Part shown: one piece after another, positions 32,686-40,000 of the stretch
Numbering within the stretch: position 1 is the stretch's first letter
Layout: every line of letters starts with the position of its first letter
Assembly (NCBI RefSeq): GCF_010131535.1
Contig: NZ_WUBS01000014.1
Location: forward strand, 93,216-133,215
Reading direction: 5' to 3'
Length of the DNA stretch: 40,000 nucleotides
Source of the DNA: Acerihabitans arboris
Lineage (GTDB): Bacteria; Pseudomonadota; Gammaproteobacteria; Enterobacterales; Enterobacteriaceae
Notes under the pieces: generated by a model
What the model saw: only the letters and a program-made list of their open reading frames with translations
Database searches by the model: none
What the model was told of the DNA's origin: nothing
Made by a program: the position numbers and the translations under genes

Positions 32686-33803
32686 CCTGGCCAACTGTGG
32701 TGATCAATCAGCTCAATGAATACGCGGGCACGACGACGGAAATCGAGCGCGTCCTGTTGTACCTGGGCACCGGTGCGACGAATGTCGGCCAGCTGATCCC
32801 CGTCAATAACAATTCCGACCTGGATACGCTGCTTGGTGAACCGGACAGCATTCTAAAAAGCAACGTCGCGGCCGCGCGCAGTAACGGCGGACAAAGCTGG
32901 TTTGGTTATGTGTGGCCTTTGGCCGCAAATGCGACAACGGCGGATTGGGTGGCGGCGGTTAAAGCCGCCATGGCCACCGCATCCGTTGAGGGTTTTGTCT
33001 TGGTCAAGGACATTGACCAGGAAACGGACATCAACGCTGCGATTACGCTGCGCTCGGACATTATCGGCAGTCACGGCCGCTGGTTGTGGTCAATTCTGTC
33101 TGTAGGTGGTCCCGGTGAGGAAGAGACCTGGGCGGAATATGTCACCCGGTTCGCCGCGCTTCAGGATGGCATTGCCGGTATCTCGGTACAGCTTGTGCCG
33201 CGTCTCTGGGGAAATGAGCCGGGCGCTCTGGCCGGCCGGTTGTGTAACCGCGCCGTGACCATTGCTGACAGTCCGGCGCGCGTGAAAACCGGGGCTGTGG
33301 TAAGCCTGGGAACCGACGAGTTGCCGACTGACTCGGAAGATGCGCCGTTGACCCTGGCGACATTGCAAGCCCTGGCCGCCAACCGCGCTAGCGTGCCGAT
33401 GTGGTACCCCGACTATGACGGTATTTACTGGGCGGACGGGCTCACGCTGGACGTGGACGGCGGCGATTATCAGGCAATCGAGTATGTCCGCATCGCCGAT
33501 AAAGTCGCTCGCCGCACCCGGCTGCGCGCCATCCCCAAAATCGCCGACCGGTCGCTAAATTCGACGGCGGCCAGCGTTGAATTTCATCAAACCTATTTCG
33601 CCGCCACCCTGCGGGAAATGGCGAAGCGAACCCAAATCAACGGCATCACCTTTCCGGGCGAGGTCAAGACGCCGCAAAACGGGGATGTGGTTATTACCTG
33701 GATCAGTAGCACCAAGGTCCAGGTTTATATCGTTGCACGCCCGTATGAATCGCCGAAAACGATTGAAATTAACATCCTGCTGGATACCAGCCTGACGGAG
33801 TAA
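32682..33803 (+). CDS. Putative contractile tail sheath protein (HP1-type)
   Basis: 373 aa, immediately before a 151-aa tube-sized ORF. The order is as in HP1/K139-like phages. No motif verified. Confidence 0.55.
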   Translation: MTWPTVVINQLNEYAGTTTEIERVLLYLGTGATNVGQLIPVNNNSDLDTLLGEPDSILKSNVAAARSNGGQSWFGYVWPLAANATTADWVAAVKAAMATASVEGFVLVKDIDQETDINAAITLRSDIIGSHGRWLWSILSVGGPGEEETWAEYVTRFAALQDGIAGISVQLVPRLWGNEPGALAGRLCNRAVTIADSPARVKTGAVVSLGTDELPTDSEDAPLTLATLQALAANRASVPMWYPDYDGIYWADGLTLDVDGGDYQAIEYVRIADKVARRTRLRAIPKIADRSLNSTAASVEFHQTYFAATLREMAKRTQINGITFPGEVKTPQNGDVVITWISSTKVQVYIVARPYESPKTIEINILLDTSLTE

Positions 33804-33808
33804 TCCCA

Positions 33809-34264
33809 ATGACCGCACGAATTTCAGGACTTAGCTTTGATGTTGATATCGGCGATGTCGTTGTCCACGTCAAAAATATATCACTGTCCATTACGGACAA
33901 TACCGCCGTATCGACCACGCGGGGGGTCCCCGATGGCCATGTCGATGGCGATGTCGCGGCAGACGGTGAGATTGAACTCGACACCAAGAATTTTTTGTTG
34001 CTTCAGGCAAAGGCAGCGGCGGCAGGCAGCTGGCGCGGGATCGATGTCATGGATTTTGCCTACTACGCAAAAGCCGGCACCGAGGAAATCAAGGTGGAAT
34101 CGTTCGGCAATAAGCTGAGTATTTCCGACATCCTGTCCATCGACCCGACCAGCAACGCCGCCGCAACTCACAAAATTAAATATTTTGTGACCAGCCCGGA
34201 TTTTGTTCACATCAACGGCATCCCGTATCTGTCCGCTAATGACACGCGCGATCTGATCGGATAA
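33809..34264 (+). CDS. Putative tail tube protein
   Basis: 151 aa, following the sheath candidate. The assignment rests on size and position. Confidence 0.55.
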   Translation: MTARISGLSFDVDIGDVVVHVKNISLSITDNTAVSTTRGVPDGHVDGDVAADGEIELDTKNFLLLQAKAAAAGSWRGIDVMDFAYYAKAGTEEIKVESFGNKLSISDILSIDPTSNAAATHKIKYFVTSPDFVHINGIPYLSANDTRDLIG

Positions 34265-34274
34265 GGGCGGACAT

Positions 34275-34607
34275 ATGTTTTCGAGAGCCGCATTAATGGC
34301 ACGGCTGAATGAGTGGTTGACCTATCTCGGTTCAGTTTCGACGGGGGTATTTTCAGCGTTGACCATACAAGATATTTCAGCCGGCATTGGCGTGATAGTC
34401 AGTATCGCGTTTACTGCCGTTACGTATATGCAGCACCGGAAAACTGAAAAAGTAAAACAGGAATACTGGCAGCTCGCTAAGGCGAAATTCAACGACGCCT
34501 TGGAGTTCCAGAAGGGGGCCAGTGTGGCCCCTGACGATCTACCGAAGCATATCAGCGCTATTGCGGAAATTATCGATAACATCGAAACGCAGGAACCGAC
34601 GAAATGA
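34275..34607 (+). CDS. Putative holin (two TM segments)
   Basis: 110 aa with hydrophobic segments LTYLGSVSTGVFSALTI and ISAGIGVIVSIAFTAVTYM, followed by a charged C-terminus. It is directly upstream of the endolysin, with an ATGA overlap. Confidence 0.6.
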   Translation: MFSRAALMARLNEWLTYLGSVSTGVFSALTIQDISAGIGVIVSIAFTAVTYMQHRKTEKVKQEYWQLAKAKFNDALEFQKGASVAPDDLPKHISAIAEIIDNIETQEPTK

Positions 34608-35167
34608 GCATCAAAAATAAAGTCCAAAAATGTGCCGTCGGGATGATTATCGGCATCGTGTTAGCGCTGGGCGTGCAATATAAATCCGATTCCGGCGCCC
34701 CGCTGCGCTTTTCGCAGGCATCGCTGGAAATCCAAGGGAACGCCGAAGGGTGCCGCCGTGATCCCTACTTGTGTCCGGTGGGCAAAGTCACACAAGGGAT
34801 CGGGCATACCGGACCGGGTGCCGGGTCGGTTACGGTCGCCAGCGACCAACAAATCGCCGCCTGGTGGGCGGAGGATTTGCGCGATACCCAAAATTTCATC
34901 GAGCAAAAATACGAAAAAAAGCTCGGCCGGCAGTGGCCGCAGAGTGTTTTCGATGGCATGGGCTCGTTTATTTTTAATGTCGGCGGCGCAAAATTCAGCA
35001 GCTATCCCACGGTCAACGCATTTCTGCGCCGCGGCGATTGGGTCAGTGCCTGCAAGCAAATTAAGCGGTTCATCTACGGCCGGGTCAACGGGAAAATGGT
35101 TATCTTGCCGGGCCTGGTCGACCGCCGTCAAAAAGAAATGGCGCTGTGTCTGAGGGACGTAGCATGA
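34604..35167 (+). CDS. SAR-type endolysin, GH24 lysozyme family
   Basis: 187 aa. The N-terminal Gly/Ala-rich TM segment CAVGMIIGIVLALGV looks like a signal-anchor-release domain. The catalytic region AEGCRRDPYLCPVGKVTQGIGHT fits the E-x8-(D/C)-x5-T type seen in P21 R and HP1 Lys. Confidence 0.85.
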   Translation: MSIKNKVQKCAVGMIIGIVLALGVQYKSDSGAPLRFSQASLEIQGNAEGCRRDPYLCPVGKVTQGIGHTGPGAGSVTVASDQQIAAWWAEDLRDTQNFIEQKYEKKLGRQWPQSVFDGMGSFIFNVGGAKFSSYPTVNAFLRRGDWVSACKQIKRFIYGRVNGKMVILPGLVDRRQKEMALCLRDVA

Positions 35168-35511
35168 CCGGCCGGGCGCAAATCATCCTGTTGATCCTGA
35201 TGGCGTGCATGCTGTCCGCCGGATGGTTTGGCCGCGGCTGGTATGAAGACAGTTTGCAACTGACTACTGAGCGCGCCGAAAACGCCGGCGACAAAAAAAT
35301 CGCCGCGCTGACGATGGGTATCAGTACGGCCATCGGGCAGCAAATCGAAAATAAACTGAGCGGACTAAAAGACAATGAAATCCGATTACAGCCTATATAT
35401 CAGCAGGAAATTATTAAGCCGGTGTTTAATAACGTTTGCGCTACTGATGAGTATGTCAGGTTGTGGAACGACAACGTTACGGCCTCTGAACGTACCCTAT
35501 CAGGCAAATGA
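35164..35511 (+). CDS. i-spanin (Rz-like)
   Basis: From the ATG at 35164, which forms an ATGA overlap with the endolysin, the protein reads MTGRAQIILLILMACMLSAGWF (an N-terminal TM segment), followed by a coiled periplasmic domain. Confidence 0.7.
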   Translation: MTGRAQIILLILMACMLSAGWFGRGWYEDSLQLTTERAENAGDKKIAALTMGISTAIGQQIENKLSGLKDNEIRLQPIYQQEIIKPVFNNVCATDEYVRLWNDNVTASERTLSGK

Positions 35512-35674
35512 AATGCAGAAATGCCCGGAAGAGGGATTGCCGCGCCTGGAGGGACCGCATGGGGTGGATTTCGATAAATCACAGCAGGGATGGTTGGCTT
35601 TATATTTGGATTGCGCGGTCCGGCATAACGGGCTGGTTGATGACATAAACAAACGAGCGGAGCTATCAAAATGA
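35375..35674 (+). CDS. o-spanin (Rz1-like lipoprotein), overlapped architecture
   Basis: It starts inside the i-spanin gene in the +1 frame and extends past it. The lipobox LMSMSGC has its Cys codon at 35462-35464. Confidence 0.75.
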   Translation: MKSDYSLYISRKLLSRCLITFALLMSMSGCGTTTLRPLNVPYQANEMQKCPEEGLPRLEGPHGVDFDKSQQGWLALYLDCAVRHNGLVDDINKRAELSK

Positions 35675-35937
35675 GCGAAAATGTAAAAATTGCCATGACC
35701 ATTAACGGTCTGGATCTGGTATTTGAACCCAACATCACCGCCTTTAATAAGTTCACTAACGAAATGATGCCGGATAATAAAGTGGCTCCCGCTACGAATT
35801 ATCTTAGGCGCATCATCACCAAAGACACAAAAGAAAACCTCGAAAAGATTTTAGCCTTGCCGGGCGGCGCACTTAAGCTCACCGGCGCGGTAAATGAAAA
35901 ATATTCTCCTGAGCTGGAAATTGAAATAAAAAACTAA
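35671..35937 (+). CDS. Tail assembly chaperone (P2 gpE-like), zero-frame product
   Basis: 88 aa, immediately upstream of the tape measure gene. It ends at a slippery heptamer. Confidence 0.7.
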   Translation: MSENVKIAMTINGLDLVFEPNITAFNKFTNEMMPDNKVAPATNYLRRIITKDTKENLEKILALPGGALKLTGAVNEKYSPELEIEIKN

Positions 35938-36125
35938 CCGGCCGGGCCGCCGCTATTGGTAAAAACCAGTTAGAGCAGCTGGAGATATTGCGAGAGCACT
36001 ATTTTCCCCAGGCTGATAATAGCGCTGAATGGCTGGCCCGCACGATCTGGATTGATAACCGGCATTGGGAATATATGGCTATCGCAGTCAATAACGGTAT
36101 AGCCACATCATTTAAAGGCGATTAA
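35671..36125 (+). CDS. Tail assembly chaperone, -1 frameshift product (gpE+E'-like)
   Basis: The slippery A_AAA_AAC at 35928-35934 occupies the last codons of the 88-aa ORF. The -1 frame from 35934 is open for 63 codons (LTGRAAAIGKNQLEQLEILREHYFPQ...ATSFKGD). It stops at 36123-36125, 2 nt before the tape measure ATG. This fills an otherwise ORF-free 190-bp gap. Confidence 0.65.
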
Positions 36126-36127
36126 AA

Positions 36128-38011
36128 ATGAAACAGCTTGATTTAACGCTGTCCCTAATTGACAAAATGACCCGGCCATTAAAACAGGCTCAGGGGTCAA
36201 TACAGGGTTTCGCCAATAAATCACGTCAGGCGTTTAGCCAGGTAGTCGTGGGCGGCGCCGCACTCTGGGGTGTTGCGCAGTCGTTTATGAGTGTCGTCGG
36301 TCCTGCCGATGAAATGCAACGCGCCCTCGGACAAGTGCGCTCCTTGAGCGTATCGGAAGAAGCCCTTAATAGCCTAAGCGACACCGCGGTTAGATTTTCC
36401 GTGAAATACGGGGAAAGCGCCGCGGATTTTGTTCAATCCGCTTATTCCATCCAGGGCGCCATTGATGGGTTATCCGGCCAGGAATTAAGCGCCTTCACGA
36501 CAGCCGGCGCCATTTTGGCCAAGGGGACTAAAGCTGACGCCGACACCATTACCAATTATATGGGCACCATGTACGGCATTTTCAGAAAAACGGCCGACAG
36601 CATGGGGCGTTCCGATTGGGTCAAAATGATGACTGGCCAAACTGCTGAAGCGGTGAAAATATTCAAATCCGACGGTAAACAGATGTCGGACGCATTCACA
36701 GCCATCGGCGCTAACGCTACCGCCGCCGGGGTGGGTATGTCGGAACAGTTTGCCGTACTCGGGTCATTGCAGGCCACCATGAGCGGCAGCGAGGCGGGAA
36801 CAAAATATAAAGCCTTTCTGGCCGGGGTCGGCACCGCGCAAAAAACGTTGGGCCTGAATTTCACAAACAAAGACGGCACGATGAAGGGCATTGTTGACAT
36901 CATGTCGTTAATTCAAAAGAAATACGGTGATATCTCCAAAGTGGCTGATAGTGATCTGTTGAAAAAAGCCTTTGGATCCGATGAGGCCGTTTCAATGATT
37001 AAATTGCTCGCAACTGATGTTGGCGGGCTGGCAAAGAATATAACCGCCCTGGGAAAAATAAACGGCATGGAAAACGCCGAAAAAATGGCAAAGGACATGA
37101 CCAATTTATTTGACAGGATGCTAGCCGTTTGGAAGGGGATACGTATAGCCATTGGATCAGCGCTACTGCCAGCCATGAATCCATTAATAGACAAAATTGT
37201 TGAAATGGGTGCGCGCGTTGTTGAATGGTTATTAATGTTCAAAAATATCGCCCGCTGGATTGGTTATGTCAGCATGGGTGTGTTGTCTTTTGTGGCCATA
37301 TGCGGCCTGGCTAATATTGTTGTCGGAGTGGCGCGGTTCTTGTGGTTGGGATTCATGATTGTTATGAAGGGGCTGCGACTTATATTACTTGCTGTGCGAT
37401 TCGCCATGATATTGACCGCCGCTGCCACATGGTTATTAACGTCGCCGCTTATGCTGATCATAGCTGTGGTAGCAGGATTGGCTTATGGCGTGTATTGGCT
37501 GATAGCTAATTGGAAAACATGGACCGCCGCGATTGCAAATACGGATGCATGGAAAAGTCTGATGTCCGTTATAGCGGATGTCGGCGCATTCTTTGCCGGC
37601 CTGTGGAATTCGATCACTCTCGGCTGGCAAATGGTTGTCGCCTATTTTTCCGGATTATCACCGCTCGCCGCTTTTGAAGGATTTGGCGACACAATAAAAG
37701 GCGTGTTCACCGGGTTGTGGGATTACCTGAAAAGTTCGTTTGACAGCACCTATAACTGGATTATTGAGAATCTCAATAAAATACCCGGCGTCAATCTTGA
37801 GCTGCGCGGCCAGGCGCCGGCAGCGGGCAATTTACTCACCGGCGGAACGCCGCAAAGCATCGGCCAAGGTGGAGTATTGGGCGCGGTCAATAATTCGACC
37901 AGCACCACCACCGGCGGCAAAACGCAGCAAATCGGCAAAATTGAGATTAATACGGCTGCCTTCCCATCACCGCAACAGCTACAGGAATATCAGGAGCTTT
38001 ATGGCCAGTGA
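36128..38011 (+). CDS. Tail tape measure protein
   Basis: 627 aa, Ala/Gly-rich, with a central cluster of hydrophobic helices. It follows the chaperone pair. Confidence 0.9.
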   Translation: MKQLDLTLSLIDKMTRPLKQAQGSIQGFANKSRQAFSQVVVGGAALWGVAQSFMSVVGPADEMQRALGQVRSLSVSEEALNSLSDTAVRFSVKYGESAADFVQSAYSIQGAIDGLSGQELSAFTTAGAILAKGTKADADTITNYMGTMYGIFRKTADSMGRSDWVKMMTGQTAEAVKIFKSDGKQMSDAFTAIGANATAAGVGMSEQFAVLGSLQATMSGSEAGTKYKAFLAGVGTAQKTLGLNFTNKDGTMKGIVDIMSLIQKKYGDISKVADSDLLKKAFGSDEAVSMIKLLATDVGGLAKNITALGKINGMENAEKMAKDMTNLFDRMLAVWKGIRIAIGSALLPAMNPLIDKIVEMGARVVEWLLMFKNIARWIGYVSMGVLSFVAICGLANIVVGVARFLWLGFMIVMKGLRLILLAVRFAMILTAAATWLLTSPLMLIIAVVAGLAYGVYWLIANWKTWTAAIANTDAWKSLMSVIADVGAFFAGLWNSITLGWQMVVAYFSGLSPLAAFEGFGDTIKGVFTGLWDYLKSSFDSTYNWIIENLNKIPGVNLELRGQAPAAGNLLTGGTPQSIGQGGVLGAVNNSTSTTTGGKTQQIGKIEINTAAFPSPQQLQEYQELYGQ

Positions 38012-38339
38012 TGCGTTGTACATCGATCTGCTGATCACAGACCGGGATTTTACGCTGGATCCGGGCGGCGAGCCGGTGTTGTGTAACAACCGGGTCAGTA
38101 TTGCCCAGGATATCAAGCACAGCATCATGGAAAGTGGGCTGGCCACGCTGCTGGTCGCGGAGCGTAGTCCGACATTGCGCGCCGATATCATGATGCGGAT
38201 TGAATTTCTGGTAGAGGACGATACTCGCCTGGTGCCCGGCACCATTCAGATTGTCGAGGAAACAACGGGCCGCCTGCTGATCCTGGCGGAAACCTATGAT
38301 TTTGGGCCAGTAGACGCGGCGGTAAGTTATGGCAACTAA
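38001..38339 (+). CDS. Small baseplate/tail protein (gpW/gp25-like size and position)
   Basis: The ATG at 38001 gives the 112-aa protein MASDALYIDLLITDRDFTLDPGGEP. The upstream part of the track ORF (37740-) lies inside the tape measure gene in another frame. Confidence 0.45.
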   Translation: MASDALYIDLLITDRDFTLDPGGEPVLCNNRVSIAQDIKHSIMESGLATLLVAERSPTLRADIMMRIEFLVEDDTRLVPGTIQIVEETTGRLLILAETYDFGPVDAAVSYGN

Positions 38340-39516
38340 ACCCACGGTAGATTTTGAGGCGTCGCTCAGTGAAGGCGGTATGCCGGTCACCGAAGCCCAG
38401 GCCAACGCGGAGTTTCAGGCCATCGTTGTGGCCAATGGCGCGATAATTACCAATACCTCGAAAATGTCCCCTTTCTGGCGACTGGTTAAGGCCATCGTGA
38501 CCGCCCCGGTGATGTGGTTGAAAAACATCCTCGTTACCGTCGTTATGCCAAATATGTATTTAGCCTACGCCACCGGCCCATTTTTGGAGCTGTTCGCCTG
38601 GGCGCTGAATTTGGAGCGCAAGAGCGCCACGTTTAGCAATGGGCTGATCACGTTTCGCAAATCCGATCCAACGGTGGCCATCACCATTCCTGCCGGCACC
38701 ATCATCCAGACCGAGCGCATCAACGGGATTATTTACCGGCTGCTGACCCTGGTCGAAACAGTGATCCCTTCCGGTACGGCAAGCCTGGCCATCCTTACCC
38801 AGGCGGAGGGCGCCGGGTCGGCTTATAACCTGGCCGCGGGTTATTACCGCATATTGCCGACAGATATCGCCGGGATAACGTCCGTCGAAAACGAGGACGA
38901 TTGGTTAACCGTGCCGGGTTCGGACATCGAATCGGAAGAGGAATTGCGCGGTAGGTGCCGCACGCAATTTAACTTGGTGGGCTCATATCACATCGACGCG
39001 GTGTACCGCAGCATGATAGCAACCGTTGCCGGGCTGAGCGCTGACCGGGTTTTTTTCCAGCACGACGCCCCGCGCGGGCCGGGAACGGCTAACGCCTACC
39101 TGCTGTTGGATACCGGGGTGGCGTCAGATTCATTCGTCGCCGCGGTGAACTATCACATAACTACCCAGGGTTACCACGGCCACGGCGACGACATGCAGTG
39201 TTTTCCGATGTTGGAATCCCAGCATGATCTGATTGTGACGGTGTTCCCGTATGCCACCCTGGCGCTGACGGACGAGGAAACGGCGGAGTTAAAAAACGGT
39301 GTTGAAAATCTGGTGCGCTGTGCCTTTCGCGAGAATGCGACGTTTGATGTCACGAAAACGTGGCCAAACAGCCGCTTTTCATTCTCCCAATTGGGTGCCG
39401 AGCTGCACGCGCAATTCCCGGCGATCGAGTCGGTGACGTTTTCACTGGCCGACATCATCAGCGGGTTGAATATTCCGCGCCTGAATTCGCTGGCCGTGGC
39501 GGTGAATGATGAGTGA
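38329..39516 (+). CDS. Baseplate J-like protein
   Basis: 395 aa, positioned between the small baseplate protein and a gpI-like gene. The size fits the Baseplate_J family. Confidence 0.65.
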   Translation: MATKPTVDFEASLSEGGMPVTEAQANAEFQAIVVANGAIITNTSKMSPFWRLVKAIVTAPVMWLKNILVTVVMPNMYLAYATGPFLELFAWALNLERKSATFSNGLITFRKSDPTVAITIPAGTIIQTERINGIIYRLLTLVETVIPSGTASLAILTQAEGAGSAYNLAAGYYRILPTDIAGITSVENEDDWLTVPGSDIESEEELRGRCRTQFNLVGSYHIDAVYRSMIATVAGLSADRVFFQHDAPRGPGTANAYLLLDTGVASDSFVAAVNYHITTQGYHGHGDDMQCFPMLESQHDLIVTVFPYATLALTDEETAELKNGVENLVRCAFRENATFDVTKTWPNSRFSFSQLGAELHAQFPAIESVTFSLADIISGLNIPRLNSLAVAVNDE

Positions 39517-40000
39517 GAAGCCGACCATCACCCTACCAACCTGGATGGGAGGGAGCCAACCGGCCGCTATCGCCGCGTCTTGCGCGGAATTCTGGGGCAG
39601 GGTGCGCGACTGGCTCTATTGGCCTCTTAATCAGATGGACCCCCTGACCTGCACGGTGTCGATTTTGAATCTGATCGCGTATCAGCGGGACATCGACCGG
39701 TTTGAAGGTGAACCGCTGGCACTCTACCGGCTGCGCGTGAAATGGGCGTTTACTAATGCCCAGGACAGCGGAAGTTATGAAGGATTTGGCCGGATCTTTG
39801 AACGTCTGGGCATTGGATCAATTCAACAGTTTGAGCGCCAGCCCGGCGTTGATTGGGACGTGATCATTATCCGGGTATCAGATGGGCAGCTGGCCGCCAA
39901 TTCGACGCTGATGAATGAAATCGTTCGCAAATATGGCCGGACCTGCCGCCGGTACCGCTTTGATGTGCTCAACGTGGCGGCCGTGCAAGTCGGCGCCAGT
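39506..40000 (+). CDS. Tail/baseplate protein, P2 gpI-like, N-terminal part (runs off the window)
   Basis: The frame is open from ATGATG at 39506 to the window end: MMSEKPTITLPTWMGG...SILNLIAYQRDIDRFEGEPLALYRLRV. It overlaps the J stop. It is not in the ORF track because it has no stop inside the window. Confidence 0.6.
   Translation, partial: MMSEKPTITLPTWMGGSQPAAIAASCAEFWGRVRDWLYWPLNQMDPLTCTVSILNLIAYQRDIDRFEGEPLALYRLRVKWAFTNAQDSGSYEGFGRIFERLGIGSIQQFERQPGVDWDVIIIRVSDGQLAANSTLMNEIVRKYGRTCRRYRFDVLNVAAVQVGAS

Larger units (their letters stand above)
12478..40000. mobile_element. P2-family (HP1/K139-like order) prophage; left end near 12.48-12.60 kb, right end beyond the window
   Basis: A contiguous phage module runs the whole length: int, C-like repressor, cox, early ORFs, dam, gpA, MTase, ogr, cargo, Q/P divergent from O-N-M-L, tail, lysis and baseplate genes. 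Core genes end at the cpxP terminator. The exact attL core cannot be set without attR. Confidence 0.9.

Noticed and set aside
37740-38000. The upstream part of track ORF 37740-38339 (199 aa).
   Set aside because: It lies within the tape measure coding region in a different frame and is Arg/Ala/Ser-rich. The real gene most plausibly starts at the ATG at 38001, overlapping the tape measure stop.
1-40000. A search for CRISPR arrays, tRNA/tmRNA genes, rRNA, IS elements, and retron-like or tandem ToxI-like repeats near the cargo genes.
   Set aside because: I saw no regularly spaced repeat arrays, no cloverleaf-like tRNA candidates at the prophage junction, no transposase-like ORFs or terminal inverted repeats, no reverse transcriptase ORF, and no tandem repeats upstream of the 188-aa ORF.

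Overview
The window comes from an Enterobacterales chromosome, judged by protein-level resemblance to E. coli K-12 genes as I recall them; no search was run. Positions 1-12.4 kb are ordinary core genome. They hold LPS inner-core genes (partial waaF, hldD, two glycosyltransferase-like genes), yibQ-envC, yibN-grxC-secB-gpsA-cysE, trmL, and cpxA-cpxR divergent from cpxP, with a clear CpxR box and a probable CpxQ 3'UTR sRNA and terminator.

From about 12.48 kb to the window end lies a P2-family prophage with an HP1/K139-like gene order. Its right end is outside the window. It contains:
- integrase, a C-like repressor and Cox;
- a chain of small early ORFs;
- a Dam methylase;
- an HUH replication endonuclease (gpA);
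- a second adenine methylase;
- Ogr;
- a cargo island;
- portal and large terminase on the minus strand;
- scaffold, capsid, small terminase, head completion, tail sheath and tube, a lysis cassette, a frameshifted tail chaperone, tape measure and baseplate genes on the plus strand.

The most interesting part is the accessory island between gpA/ogr and the portal gene (about 20.0-25.2 kb), which corresponds in position to the P2 tin/old locus. It holds an AT-rich stand-alone ORF (21774-22331) with an R-x4-H HEPN-like motif, which I propose as a candidate single-gene abortive-infection or anti-phage module. It also holds a tailspike-like SGNH esterase plus a LamG-fold protein, translationally coupled to the terminase-portal late operon, and about 650 bp of unexplained non-coding DNA.

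Secondary observations:
- an AT-rich insert in the early operon containing a 44-codon membrane peptide that the ORF track misses;
- two orphan DPPY adenine methyltransferases;
- arm-type repeats at attL directly abutting the cpxP/CpxQ terminator;
- a -1 frameshift site (A_AAA_AAC) in the tail chaperone.

I saw no tRNA, rRNA or CRISPR array. All functional calls rest on remembered family features and on motifs visible in the translations, so they need confirmation by search.
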